NCBI GenBank assembly: GCA_050950765.1
Contig: JBMNIF010000002.1
Span: 256,001-320,000, forward strand
Length of the DNA: 64,000 nucleotides
From: Bdellovibrionota bacterium
GTDB taxonomy: Bacteria > Bdellovibrionota_C > UBA2361 > JAAYZI01
Reading direction: 5' to 3'
In this document: piece after piece, positions 28,946-38,524 of the stretch
How the letters are laid out: the number at the start of each line of letters is the position of its first letter
How positions within the stretch are numbered: the stretch's first letter is position 1
The notes under the pieces: generated by a model
What the model was told of the DNA's origin: nothing
What the model saw: the letters and a program-made list of their open reading frames with translations, nothing else
Database searches by the model: none
Made by a program: the position numbers and the translations under genes

Positions 28946-29383
28946 TTAAGCTTGTGTTACTATCCTACGGGCATCCTGATTCATCCTCTTTGCAGTATCT
29001 AGAGCAGTGGCATTAGCTTGATACAGCCTTGAAATAGTAATTAAATCAGTCATCGTAGAAACAACGTTAATGTTTGGATAAGCCACATTTCCATTTTCAT
29101 CAGCGTCAGGATGATTCGGCTCATAAACAAGACGCGCCGGTGAATTATCCTCAAGCACGCCTGCCACCATCGGTTTCTGCAAAGTCATCCGATCAAGTGT
29201 TGAGGCAAATCCGCTTTTTTCTTCATTGGCATAAACCACAACATCACGTCGTTTATAAGGACCTCCGTCAGAGGTACGTGTTGTCTGCGCATTAGCTATA
29301 TTGGATGCCAATACGTTCATCCTAGTACGTGCTGCGCTTAACCCACTTGCTAATACATCCATCACGTCATACATAACCGGCAT
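28946..29383 (-). CDS. flgC: Flagellar rod protein FlgC
   Basis: ASNIANAQTTR, GGPYKRR, YEPNHPDA, YPNIN. Confidence 0.93.
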   Translation of the reverse strand: MPVMYDVMDVLASGLSAARTRMNVLASNIANAQTTRTSDGGPYKRRDVVVYANEEKSGFASTLDRMTLQKPMVAGVLEDNSPARLVYEPNHPDADENGNVAYPNINVVSTMTDLITISRLYQANATALDTAKRMNQDARRIVTQA

Positions 29384-29398
29384 CTCCCTTTAGTAAAA

Positions 29399-29812
29399 TT
29401 ATCTACCACCCGTACGTATCGCCGTACGCAAAAAGGCCATCTTTTTACGTATCAGATCTGCAGCAAAGCCGAACTGGGTGGAGTTCTGCTCCAACTTACC
29501 CATCTGAATATCAAGGTCTACGTTATTACCATCAGCGCGAGTTACCCCTGAAAGATCTTCTACAAGATGTGCAAAGCCATCGGCTTCGCTATCAAGGTGT
29601 CTGGCGTTAGTTTTTAAAACAGGGCTGTTGTCACCTCCCGACATAGCTTTCTCTAACTCTCCTGCAAAGGTAAGATCTACTGCTCTATAACCAGGAGTTT
29701 CAGCATTGGTAATATTACTAGTGATAGCTTCGTTTCTACGATAAGCTAGATCCATCGCCTGCTGAATGCCGCTTATTTTTTGATCAAACAATCCGTCCAG
29801 TAAGCTACTCAT
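29399..29812 (-). CDS. flgB: Flagellar rod protein FlgB
   Basis: SNITNAETPGY, DGNNVDLD. Confidence 0.93.
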   Translation of the reverse strand: MSSLLDGLFDQKISGIQQAMDLAYRRNEAITSNITNAETPGYRAVDLTFAGELEKAMSGGDNSPVLKTNARHLDSEADGFAHLVEDLSGVTRADGNNVDLDIQMGKLEQNSTQFGFAADLIRKKMAFLRTAIRTGGR

Positions 29813-29885
29813 AATAAAAATCCCGTAAAAAGATTCTCTTCAGACTTTGTCAAAATAAGACAATAATCCTACACAGACCTCTTAA

Positions 29886-29979
29886 TGCAAGTAGCGTGCA
29901 CAACTTTAATCTAATAATATCAATATATTAGCCACTAAGCAGAGGGGTTATTCTTGGCAGCTCTGTCAATTTTTTGTCA
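29886..29979 (-). promoter_or_regulatory. Candidate sigma-54-like promoter plus FleQ-type enhancer box upstream of flgB
   Basis: Minus strand TGTGCACGCTACTTGCA (29902-29886) and TGACAAAAAATTGACA (29979-29964). Confidence 0.4.
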
Positions 29980-30377
29980 CTACTTTTAGTTATTTTCCTC
30001 CACGCAATCCCTCATCATTATTAAGGGCTATGAAGGAAAGATTTTGATTCTCCGATCAAAGTCGCCTCTCTTTCGATTCGAGCTACATATCCGTAGCTAT
30101 CGATTCAGGCTCTAGAAATTTAAAAGAGGTTTTAAATACTACGAAGAAAGTGCTGAAGCAGATAAGAACATTTATTAATAAAAACCTTCAGAGATAGAAG
30201 ATTAAAGAGACAATTTATTTAAAATAAAATCGTTAGAAAGAGTCCTTACCTTGTCAAGATCCATGCTTTTTATTAGTCTCAATAGAAGAGGCGATTTAAT
30301 TACCGTCCAATCTCTTTTTTTATTAACACTGTCGTTTCTGCACTAACATTAATTACATAGATATAAATTGATCATAT

Positions 30378-31367
30378 ATGGATACTAATTTACAAGAACT
30401 GGGAGAAGAGGTCGCACGCAAAAACCCTTTGCTACAACAGATCAAAACAGAGATCGGCAAAGTGGTGATCGGACAAGAACAACTAATAGAACGTTTAATA
30501 ATATCTTTATTGTGCAATCAACACGTTCTGATTGAGGGGTTACCTGGCTTAGCAAAAACTCTTTCTGTTACAACACTAGCAAAAACCATTCAAGCAACAT
30601 TCCACCGCTTACAATTTACTCCCGATCTATTACCGGCAGACTTAATCGGCACCCTCGTTTACAATCCGAAAAGTGGTGAGTTTTACACCAAGAAGGGGCC
30701 GATCTTTGCAAATATTATCCTTGCTGATGAAATCAATCGTGCACCTGCCAAGATTCAAAGTGCACTACTTGAAGCGATGCAGGAAAGACAGGTTACTATC
30801 GGAGATGAGAGCTTCCCGTTAGACGATCCCTTTATGGTTTTGGCAACACAAAATCCGATTGAACAGGAAGGAACTTATCCTCTTCCAGAAGCTCAGATTG
30901 ATAGGTTTATGTTTAAGTTGTTAGTTAGTTATCCAAGCAAAGAAGAGGAGCGTAAAATTTTACATACCCGTTCACGCTCTCTACAAGTTGATGATGTTAC
31001 TCCCGTTATCTCAACTACTGAAATCTTACGCCTTAGAGAGATCGTAGATAAGATCTATATCGACGAACGTATTGAAGAGTATATTGTCGAAATAATTGAT
31101 GCCAGTAGACATCCTGAAAAACACGGACTTAACATCTCAAATCTTATCCGTTACGGAGCTTCTCCGCGTGCTACTATTTTTCTAGCATTAGCAGCCAAAG
31201 CTCACGCCTTCTTTAACGGACGTGCCTATGTTGTTCCGCAAGATATAAAAGAGATCGGGTTTGATGTTTTAAGACACCGCATAGCTATTTCTTATGAAGC
31301 AGAGGTAGAGGAGAAATCTTCTCAAGATATTATTAAGCAGATATTTGATACTGTGAAGGTTCCATGA
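30378..31367 (+). CDS. moxR: MoxR family AAA+ ATPase
   Basis: EGLPGLAKT, QFTPDLLPAD, ADEINRAP, ATQNPIEQEGTYPLPEAQ.DRF. Confidence 0.95.
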   Translation: MDTNLQELGEEVARKNPLLQQIKTEIGKVVIGQEQLIERLIISLLCNQHVLIEGLPGLAKTLSVTTLAKTIQATFHRLQFTPDLLPADLIGTLVYNPKSGEFYTKKGPIFANIILADEINRAPAKIQSALLEAMQERQVTIGDESFPLDDPFMVLATQNPIEQEGTYPLPEAQIDRFMFKLLVSYPSKEEERKILHTRSRSLQVDDVTPVISTTEILRLREIVDKIYIDERIEEYIVEIIDASRHPEKHGLNISNLIRYGASPRATIFLALAAKAHAFFNGRAYVVPQDIKEIGFDVLRHRIAISYEAEVEEKSSQDIIKQIFDTVKVP

Positions 31368-32245
31368 TTCCAAAGGATCTCGCAAAAAAAATACGTGCTA
31401 TTGAGATCTATACCACTAAAGCTGCTGACGACGTCTTGGCAGGAGCTTATGAAAGTGTTTTTAAGGGACGTGGTATGGAGTTCGATGAAGTACGCGAATA
31501 CACACCTGGTGACGATGTCAGATCCATTGATTGGAATGTAACAGCTCGTGTCGGGCGTCCTTATATTAAACGCTACGTTGAAGAACGTGAATTAACTGTG
31601 ATGTTATTGGTAGACCTTTCAGCTTCAGGTAGTTTCGGTACCGCTCGGCAAACCAAAAACGAAACAGCTGCCGAACTGTGCGCACTACTCTCTTTTTCTG
31701 CTATAAAAAATAATGACAAGGTTGGTTTATTAGCTTTTACTGATGAAGTCGAGTTAAATATTCCACCTAGTAAAGGAACTACACATGTTTTGAAAATTAT
31801 CCAAAACATTCTGCATTTTACCCCTAAGTATCGCAGGACAAATATTCAAGCTGCACTAGAGTACCTTGCTCATATTATTCATAAACGGTGCGTAATTTTT
31901 TTAATTTCAGATTTTCAAGATCACGGCTATGAGAAGTTACTCCGCATTTTAGCTAAAAAGCATGACATCATTGCATGTCAAATTATCGATCAAGCTGAAA
32001 GAGAGCTGTCCGATCTGGGGCTATTACACTTAGAAGATGCAGAGACGGGAGAAAGCGCCATTGTTGATACATCTTCAGAAAAATGGAGCCTTGAGTTTTC
32101 TAAAAAAGCAGCAGCACAACAAGGAGAGTTAGATGCTTTTTTTAAACGAGAATCGATAGATCTCCTCAAAATTTTAAATGGCAGCGATTATATTAAAGAG
32201 TTACTAACTTTTTTCCGTAAACGCAAAGGACGTTTAGCCGCATGA
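31364..32245 (+). CDS. DUF58 (vWA-like) protein
   Basis: GRGMEFDEVREYTPGDDVRSIDWNVTAR. Confidence 0.92.
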   Translation: MIPKDLAKKIRAIEIYTTKAADDVLAGAYESVFKGRGMEFDEVREYTPGDDVRSIDWNVTARVGRPYIKRYVEERELTVMLLVDLSASGSFGTARQTKNETAAELCALLSFSAIKNNDKVGLLAFTDEVELNIPPSKGTTHVLKIIQNILHFTPKYRRTNIQAALEYLAHIIHKRCVIFLISDFQDHGYEKLLRILAKKHDIIACQIIDQAERELSDLGLLHLEDAETGESAIVDTSSEKWSLEFSKKAAAQQGELDAFFKRESIDLLKILNGSDYIKELLTFFRKRKGRLAA

Positions 32246-33213
32246 GAAAAGTATTAAAACTTATTATAAAATTTCTCTTCTGCTCTTTTTTTCTTATTCA
32301 GACTGCTTGTCACTCAGACCACTCTCAACAAACAACTTTTCAAGAAATAAAAACGTATGGAGAAAAAGAAACTCTTTCATTAGCTCTTTCAAAAAAAACC
32401 ATTACTACTGCTGAAACGGTAACGCTTCTTCTGACCTTAAGGGCAGCGGAGGATGTTGCCATAACTCCACCTGATCTCAGCAACGCTTTAGGTGGCATGA
32501 CGTTGCAATCTCGTAATGAAAGTACTCCACGTTTAAAAGATGGTTTTGTCACTATTGAGATTACTTATGAATTGCAACCTTTTTTAGCTGGTGAATATAC
32601 CATCCCTGAATTAACTGCTAAGTTTAGCACTTCTGATAGAACAGAGCTTGTCAAAAGCGACCCTATACAGATTACAGCAACCTCTCTTCTGACCCCTCAA
32701 GATACCGAGTTAAAAGATATCTTTGGGTTTAAGGATTCTTCCAACTTCTCTTATTATTGGTTCCTTTTAATTATCTTATTTTTACTACTCTTTGTGTTGT
32801 TACTACTCTACAAAAAACATCATAAAAAAGAGAGCGCTATTCCGCTACCGACACCAAAAGAGGTAGCTCTTACTGCACTGGACAATTTAAAGAAAGAAGA
32901 ATTGATTACTAAAGGTGAGCATAAACTTTTCTATATAAAACTTTCTTTTATTCTGCGTACTTTTATTGAAGATAACTTCGGCTTATCTCTTCCAGGAAAA
33001 ACAACAGAAGAGTTTTTAACAGAACTTCAAAAAAATCCACTTTTAAAAGATACAGAGCGTGCCCTACTTCAGGAGTTTCTGAAGCAATCTGATTTAGTTA
33101 AGTTTGCCAAGCACATTCCGCCCTGCGATAGCGCAGACAAAGCCTTAACACTTTGTTATGATTTTGTAATGAATACTTCAAACGTAACCGAGCTTTCAGA
33201 AGGAGTTGAATAA
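32242..33213 (+). CDS. Bat-operon membrane/lipoprotein (BatD-like N-terminus, TM, DUF4381-like)
   Basis: Position in the moxR-DUF58-batA operon; TTEEFL and DLVKFAK motifs. Confidence 0.7.
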   Translation: MRKVLKLIIKFLFCSFFLIQTACHSDHSQQTTFQEIKTYGEKETLSLALSKKTITTAETVTLLLTLRAAEDVAITPPDLSNALGGMTLQSRNESTPRLKDGFVTIEITYELQPFLAGEYTIPELTAKFSTSDRTELVKSDPIQITATSLLTPQDTELKDIFGFKDSSNFSYYWFLLIILFLLLFVLLLLYKKHHKKESAIPLPTPKEVALTALDNLKKEELITKGEHKLFYIKLSFILRTFIEDNFGLSLPGKTTEEFLTELQKNPLLKDTERALLQEFLKQSDLVKFAKHIPPCDSADKALTLCYDFVMNTSNVTELSEGVE

Positions 33214-34265
33214 TGTTCCGTTTTGAAAGCCCTTATTATTTGTTACTACTACCTCTTATCGTTCTTTTATTACTGTTCCTTCGAAAGAGGAAAAGACCTG
33301 CTATAATATATTCAAGCACAAGCACGTTCAGAGCACTTCCAAAATCTTTCAAGCAGCGCATCCTTTGGCTACCCACTCTACTCCGTTTATCAACATTACT
33401 CTGTTTAATAATTGCCTTAGCAAGACCGCAAATGGGGTTGGAGACCGTGCGCAGATCAACCTCTGGTATCGCCATAGAGGTAGTACTGGATCGTTCTGGC
33501 AGTATGCAGGAACAGATCTTATATGATGGAAAGGCAGCTACTAGATTGAATGTTGTTAAGGATGTTTTTAAAGAGTTTGCTTTGGGCAGCGCCAAAAGTG
33601 GTTTAGCAGGACGTAAAGATGATCTAATCGGCATTATTACTTTTGCGCGGCATGCTAAAACTGTCTGTCCTCTGACTTTAGCACATGGAGCCATAGAACA
33701 TATCCTTAAGACTATAACTTTGGCAAAAAGTAGAGAGGAAGATGGTACAGCTATCGGTGATGCTATTGCGCTGGCAGCAGCACGCTTACAAAAAGCTGAA
33801 GAGAGTATTGAGGCGCAAGGCGGTGACACTGAATACAAGATAAAAAGTAAAATTATTATCCTTTTAACGGATGGTCAGAATAATGTAGGCACTATCACTC
33901 CTTTAGCAGCTGCAGAATTAGCTGCAAAATGGGGGATAAAAATCTATACCATCGGAATTGGTGGAAACCTTCAAACGCGGCAGGGCGGATTTTTTGATTC
34001 TTTCTTAATTCCGTTCGGAACAAATGTTGATACCCGTTCATTACAAAGCATTGCTGAAAAAACGGGTGGTGCTTTTTATATGGCTGAAGATGCACAGTCA
34101 TTACGTAAGATCTACAAAGATATTGACCGACTTGAAAAAACAGAGTTTAAGGCGACTCACGATATAAAATATCGAGAATTGTTTGTTCCGTGGGCGTTTA
34201 CAGCTCTGTTACTGCTCCTTTTTGAAGTGCTACTGACAAATACTTATTTAAGGAGAGTACCGTGA
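33213..34265 (+). CDS. batA: BatA-like vWA protein
   Basis: IALARPQ, DRSGSM MIDAS, GTAIGDA, LLTDG. Confidence 0.85.
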   Translation: MFRFESPYYLLLLPLIVLLLLFLRKRKRPAIIYSSTSTFRALPKSFKQRILWLPTLLRLSTLLCLIIALARPQMGLETVRRSTSGIAIEVVLDRSGSMQEQILYDGKAATRLNVVKDVFKEFALGSAKSGLAGRKDDLIGIITFARHAKTVCPLTLAHGAIEHILKTITLAKSREEDGTAIGDAIALAAARLQKAEESIEAQGGDTEYKIKSKIIILLTDGQNNVGTITPLAAAELAAKWGIKIYTIGIGGNLQTRQGGFFDSFLIPFGTNVDTRSLQSIAEKTGGAFYMAEDAQSLRKIYKDIDRLEKTEFKATHDIKYRELFVPWAFTALLLLLFEVLLTNTYLRRVP

Positions 34266-34358
34266 TCTTATTTGACGTATTTTCTGTTTTGAAAAAACTA
34301 CTTGCAATAAGGTGTTATTATGCTCTTTTTAGAGCGTTATATTAATATTGATACTGTT

Positions 34359-35381
34359 ATGACATTTTTATCGGATAAAACCTTACTTTTACTCTGGCTA
34401 GTACCTATCCTGATAGGGTTATACATCTACGCTTACAAACAACGTAAAAAAACTTTATTACGTTTTGCTGACCCCGCACAATTTTCAAAATTAAACGCGT
34501 CTATCAATCACCGTCACAGATTTTATAAAGCTTCTCTTATAATTTTAACTTGCGTCGCTTTAATCTTTGCACTTTCACGTCCAAGTTGGGGCAAGAGAAC
34601 TCAAGAATCTGTCAAACAACGTGGCAGAGACCTAATCTTTATGCTTGATGTTTCTCGTAGTATGCTTGCCACTGATATCAAGCCGAACCGTTTAGAACGT
34701 GCCAAGATCGCTATTAAAGATGTTTTGCCACATTTAACGGGAGATCGCGTAGCGTTAGTAGTTTTTGCTGGAGATAACACACTCCTCTGTCCGCTAACTT
34801 TGGACTATGGATTTTTTAAATTAATGCTGGACGATGCTGGACCACACTCCGTAGGTAAGGGGGGAACTTTAATTGGTGATGCTCTGCGCATGATTTTAGC
34901 AGATGTTATTGATGAACAAGATACAAAATACAAAGACATTATCCTTATTACAGATGGAGAAGATCATGAGAGTTTCCCAGTTGAGGCAGCTGCGGAAGCT
35001 GGAAAGCGTGGCATCCGTTTATTTGCTATTGGACTTGGAGATGAAGTAGAAGGGCAGCGCGTTCCTATCAATGATGAGAGGAATCAACACAGTTTTGTTA
35101 AACATAACGGACAAGAGGTTTGGTCAAAATTAAATCCGACGACTCTTAGGCAGATGGCGAACGCCACACCTTCTGGTAGGTATTTAAATGTAGCAACGGG
35201 TGCCGTAGATCTCGGTGAAGTTTATAAAACTTTAATAGCATCTACTGAAAAAACTGAGACAGGCATAGATAAAATGACCGTTTCAGAAGAAAAATTTCAA
35301 CTCTTTATTGCACTAGCGATCTTTTTACTAATCTTAGAAATGTTGCTTAGCTCTAACTTATTAACCACCACCCAGCAGTGA
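34359..35381 (+). CDS. batB: BatB-like vWA protein
   Basis: ALSRPSWG, DVSRSMLATDIKPNRLERAK, PLTLDY, LITDGEDH. Confidence 0.85.
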   Translation: MTFLSDKTLLLLWLVPILIGLYIYAYKQRKKTLLRFADPAQFSKLNASINHRHRFYKASLIILTCVALIFALSRPSWGKRTQESVKQRGRDLIFMLDVSRSMLATDIKPNRLERAKIAIKDVLPHLTGDRVALVVFAGDNTLLCPLTLDYGFFKLMLDDAGPHSVGKGGTLIGDALRMILADVIDEQDTKYKDIILITDGEDHESFPVEAAAEAGKRGIRLFAIGLGDEVEGQRVPINDERNQHSFVKHNGQEVWSKLNPTTLRQMANATPSGRYLNVATGAVDLGEVYKTLIASTEKTETGIDKMTVSEEKFQLFIALAIFLLILEMLLSSNLLTTTQQ

Positions 35382-35399
35382 CACCTACCCTCTAGCCCT

Positions 35400-35774
35400 T
35401 CAAAGCAGGATCTGGCAGACGGGATCTGGCGGATTTGGCTGGGCTTGGATCTGGTGCCGCCCACCAGTTAAAAGGGCTTGGATCTGGGACACTTGAGCGG
35501 GCTGCAATTGCAAAACGAATCGGCTAGATCTGGACGGAGGTTAAAAATTTGCTGCCACCCTTCAGGGACACTTGAGCGGGCTGCAACTGCATATCGGGCT
35601 AGCTAGATCTTAGCGGAGGTTAAAAATTTGCCACCTACCAGTGACGATCGAACGGGGTAATACTACAAGACGAAGCAACTAGGTCTGTACGGAGGTTAAA
35701 AATTTTCACCCACTAGGGACGGTTGGACTGGTACAACTGCAGAACGAGTCGGCTAGATTTGTACGGAGGTTAAA
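35400..35774 (+). repeat. Tandem array of about 75-79 bp repeat units (4 copies) preceded by GGATCTGG micro-repeats
   Basis: Units start at 35486, 35565, 35641 and 35716; shared core GCTAGATCT..ACGGAGGTTAAAAATTT. Confidence 0.85.
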
Positions 35775-36744
35775 GATCTTTGGCTGCTTTTTCGAGTTTT
35801 ATCTGTTGTGCTAAACGTTGCAGATTCGGGTCTTTTTTGTTTATCGCAAGAGCTTCTGAAACTTCTTTATCAGCGAAGTCAAGTTTATCATTTAGCAGCA
35901 AGGCTTTTATATAGGTTGGAAAAAACTGATTTAGATAGCGATCTTTTCCGAATTTATTTTGTATTAGTGGTGAAATAACTTCCAGCGCTAACTTTACATC
36001 ATCATCATCAATTAGTGGATCTACATTAACTAAAAGGGTTTTAGCTAAAGCGCCTCTTAATGCTTCATTTTGTGGATCTCTATTTTGTGCTGTTTTTAAT
36101 AACGTTATAGCCTGTTTTTTTGCACCATCTGCAAAGTATATCTCCGCTAATTTTAGTGAAGCCAATGAATAAGCGGGATCGTTATTAAGCGCCTGATTAT
36201 AATTTGTCTTTGCAGCAGCAAGGTTCCCCTTGTTTTGATAAAAAACACCGATCTGATATAGCAACTCTGCCGTAGAGTGATCGCGTAAGTTTCCAAACCA
36301 TAAAGCTTCTTTAAATTTTTGAAAGGCTTTTTCACTATCCCCTGTGGCTAGGAAGGCGTATCCTAGCTCTGCAATAGCATCAGAGTTACTTCCGCGTAAC
36401 GCTAAAGATGATTGTAACGCCTTAACTGCTTCTTTAGCCCTCCCCATCTTCCTTAATGCTACACCTTTTAAATAGGCTTGTTGTTCCGGCGGCACAATTT
36501 TAACGGAGTGTCCTTTTTTCTGTCGTCTGATAATTTTTTTAGGTGCAGTAATTTTCTTTAACTCTTTTAATGCCTGCTCATAAGAGCCGTTATTAATGGA
36601 TTCTATCGCCTTTGTTAGATCTTCAGGATAACCTTCAGAGCTAATTAAATTCGAAGGTGTCGGAGTTACGATCGGTTTGGAGACCTCTGCTAAAGCAGAC
36701 AACGGAAGGATTAGGTAGATGATTATATAAACAGATCTTTTCAT
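35770..36744 (-). CDS. Exported TPR-repeat protein
   Basis: Signal peptide (LSALA) and several TPR helices (A..ELG..Y, YNQAL..DP). Confidence 0.8.
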   Translation of the reverse strand: MKRSVYIIIYLILPLSALAEVSKPIVTPTPSNLISSEGYPEDLTKAIESINNGSYEQALKELKKITAPKKIIRRQKKGHSVKIVPPEQQAYLKGVALRKMGRAKEAVKALQSSLALRGSNSDAIAELGYAFLATGDSEKAFQKFKEALWFGNLRDHSTAELLYQIGVFYQNKGNLAAAKTNYNQALNNDPAYSLASLKLAEIYFADGAKKQAITLLKTAQNRDPQNEALRGALAKTLLVNVDPLIDDDDVKLALEVISPLIQNKFGKDRYLNQFFPTYIKALLLNDKLDFADKEVSEALAINKKDPNLQRLAQQIKLEKAAKDL

Positions 36745-37027
36745 AGCCGCACATATTACGACAATCTCTCTCTTGCAACAAATCTATAAAATCCCCTTTT
36801 GTACAAAACACTACAAACGGTGCTCTTATTTGTACAACCTTACCAAGCAAGATAACATATTGTTATTACAGGATGTCCTATATTAACATTAAAAATTATC
36901 TGTAACGTTTTTGTACATTCCGGCATCTTATACAGGTGTTGGGGAGTGTTTTGCTCTTATACGGTGGTGTCTTGTGAAAATTAGGAAGTGTGAGTTGTAA
37001 CGTCACGGGTTTTATTGAGGTTGTAAT

Positions 37028-38437
37028 ATGTCAGAGTGTGGTGATATCCGTAAAAAAATTCTAATCGTTGATGATGAAAAAAACATTCGAGATTCCTTAC
37101 GATTAATCTTAAAAAACAATTTCAATATTGAAACAGCTGTTGATGGTGAGGAGTGTCTTAGTAAAGTTAATAGTACCAGTCCTGATATTATTTTATTGGA
37201 TGTGATGATGCCAAAGTTGGACGGTATCGATACATTACGAGCTTTAAGAGACCAGCAATCGAAAATCCCTGTCATTATGTTAACAGCTAGCAGTACAGTA
37301 AAGGATGCTGTTGAAGCTATGAAGTTAGGGGCTGTGGATTATTTAAATAAACCTTTTGATGTATCTGAATTAACAGATCTGATAATTAATACGTTATCTG
37401 TTCCCGCCGATTCAAAAACAGAGACTGAACATAGCATTCAAGGAGAACCACCTCAAAGCGTCTCCGACTCTATCATCGGGGATTCTCAATTAATGCAAAA
37501 TGTTTTTCAGAAAGTAAAACAGGTCGCCGTTAGAGACACCACTGTTTTAATCACAGGAGAGTCCGGAACAGGCAAGGAATTGATCGCACGACAGATTCAT
37601 GAACAGAGCCCAAGAAAATCCGCTCCATTTATTGCAATAAATTGTGCCGCCATTCCAGAAACTTTGATTGAATCAGAGCTTTTCGGACACGAGAAGGGGG
37701 CTTTTACCAGCGCAGTTGAACAACACATCGGATATTTTGAATTAGCTGACAACGGTACAATTTTTCTTGATGAGATCGGTGAATTAAATCTGACTGTACA
37801 GGTCAAGCTATTACGTTTTTTGCAGGAGCGTGAATTTTATCGTATTGGTAGAACAAAACCGATTAAAGTTAATGTCCGTATTGTGGCTGCCACTAATAAG
37901 CGGCTTGAAGAGTTGACTAAGGAAAAGAAGTTCCGTGAAGACCTTTATTATCGTATTAATGTAATTAACATTGAATTACCGCCGCTAAGGGATCGTTTTG
38001 AAGATATCCCTCTTTTAATTGATGCTTTTATGGCTAAATATGCAAACACTTATGGCAATCGTCAATTATCATTTGATAGTGCTGCCATGAATCGTTTAAT
38101 TGAATATCCGTGGCCGGGTAATGTCAGAGAGCTTGAAAACGTTGTAGAGAGTTTATTGGCGCTAGCTCCGCATGATCAGATTCGAGAAGATGATCTGCCG
38201 CCGAAACTAAAAGTTCCTCACACACTTAAGGAAAACAATCCTCATATCTTTGAAGGTAGTTTAAATTTTCAAGATGCAGAACGCACCTTTGAAACGGAGA
38301 TAATCCTTAAAGCTTTAAAAAAGACGAACTGGGTTCAAACCAGAGCCGCCGACCTTCTCGGCATTAGCCGTCGTATTTTAAAATATAAGATGGACAAACT
38401 TGGCATTACTGAAGAGCCCCTCCCTTCAGGTTCTTAA
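37028..38437 (+). CDS. Sigma-54-dependent NtrC-family response regulator
   Basis: REC domain, GESGTGKE, GAFTSA, WPGNVREL, Fis-type HTH. Confidence 0.95.
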   Translation: MSECGDIRKKILIVDDEKNIRDSLRLILKNNFNIETAVDGEECLSKVNSTSPDIILLDVMMPKLDGIDTLRALRDQQSKIPVIMLTASSTVKDAVEAMKLGAVDYLNKPFDVSELTDLIINTLSVPADSKTETEHSIQGEPPQSVSDSIIGDSQLMQNVFQKVKQVAVRDTTVLITGESGTGKELIARQIHEQSPRKSAPFIAINCAAIPETLIESELFGHEKGAFTSAVEQHIGYFELADNGTIFLDEIGELNLTVQVKLLRFLQEREFYRIGRTKPIKVNVRIVAATNKRLEELTKEKKFREDLYYRINVINIELPPLRDRFEDIPLLIDAFMAKYANTYGNRQLSFDSAAMNRLIEYPWPGNVRELENVVESLLALAPHDQIREDDLPPKLKVPHTLKENNPHIFEGSLNFQDAERTFETEIILKALKKTNWVQTRAADLLGISRRILKYKMDKLGITEEPLPSGS

Positions 38438-38462
38438 CTGGTTAACCCATTTAATAACAGCA

Positions 38463-38520
38463 GAACGGGCTGCAAGCAAAAACTGAATTAGCTAGATCTT
38501 TACGGAGGTAAAAAATTTGG
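38463..38520 (+). repeat. Single copy of the approximately 78 bp dispersed repeat
   Basis: GAACGGGCTGCAA...GCTAGATCTTTACGGAGGTAAAAAATTTGG between convergent genes. Confidence 0.75.
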
Positions 38521-38524
38521 GGTC

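Noticed and set aside
35486..35774. CRISPR array
   Set aside because: Units diverge along their whole length with no unique spacers; no cas genes in the window
36790..36920. TGT-N10/11-ACA enhancer-like sites upstream of the NtrC-type gene
   Set aside because: Short motifs in AT-rich DNA, and no convincing sigma-54 -24/-12 element nearby
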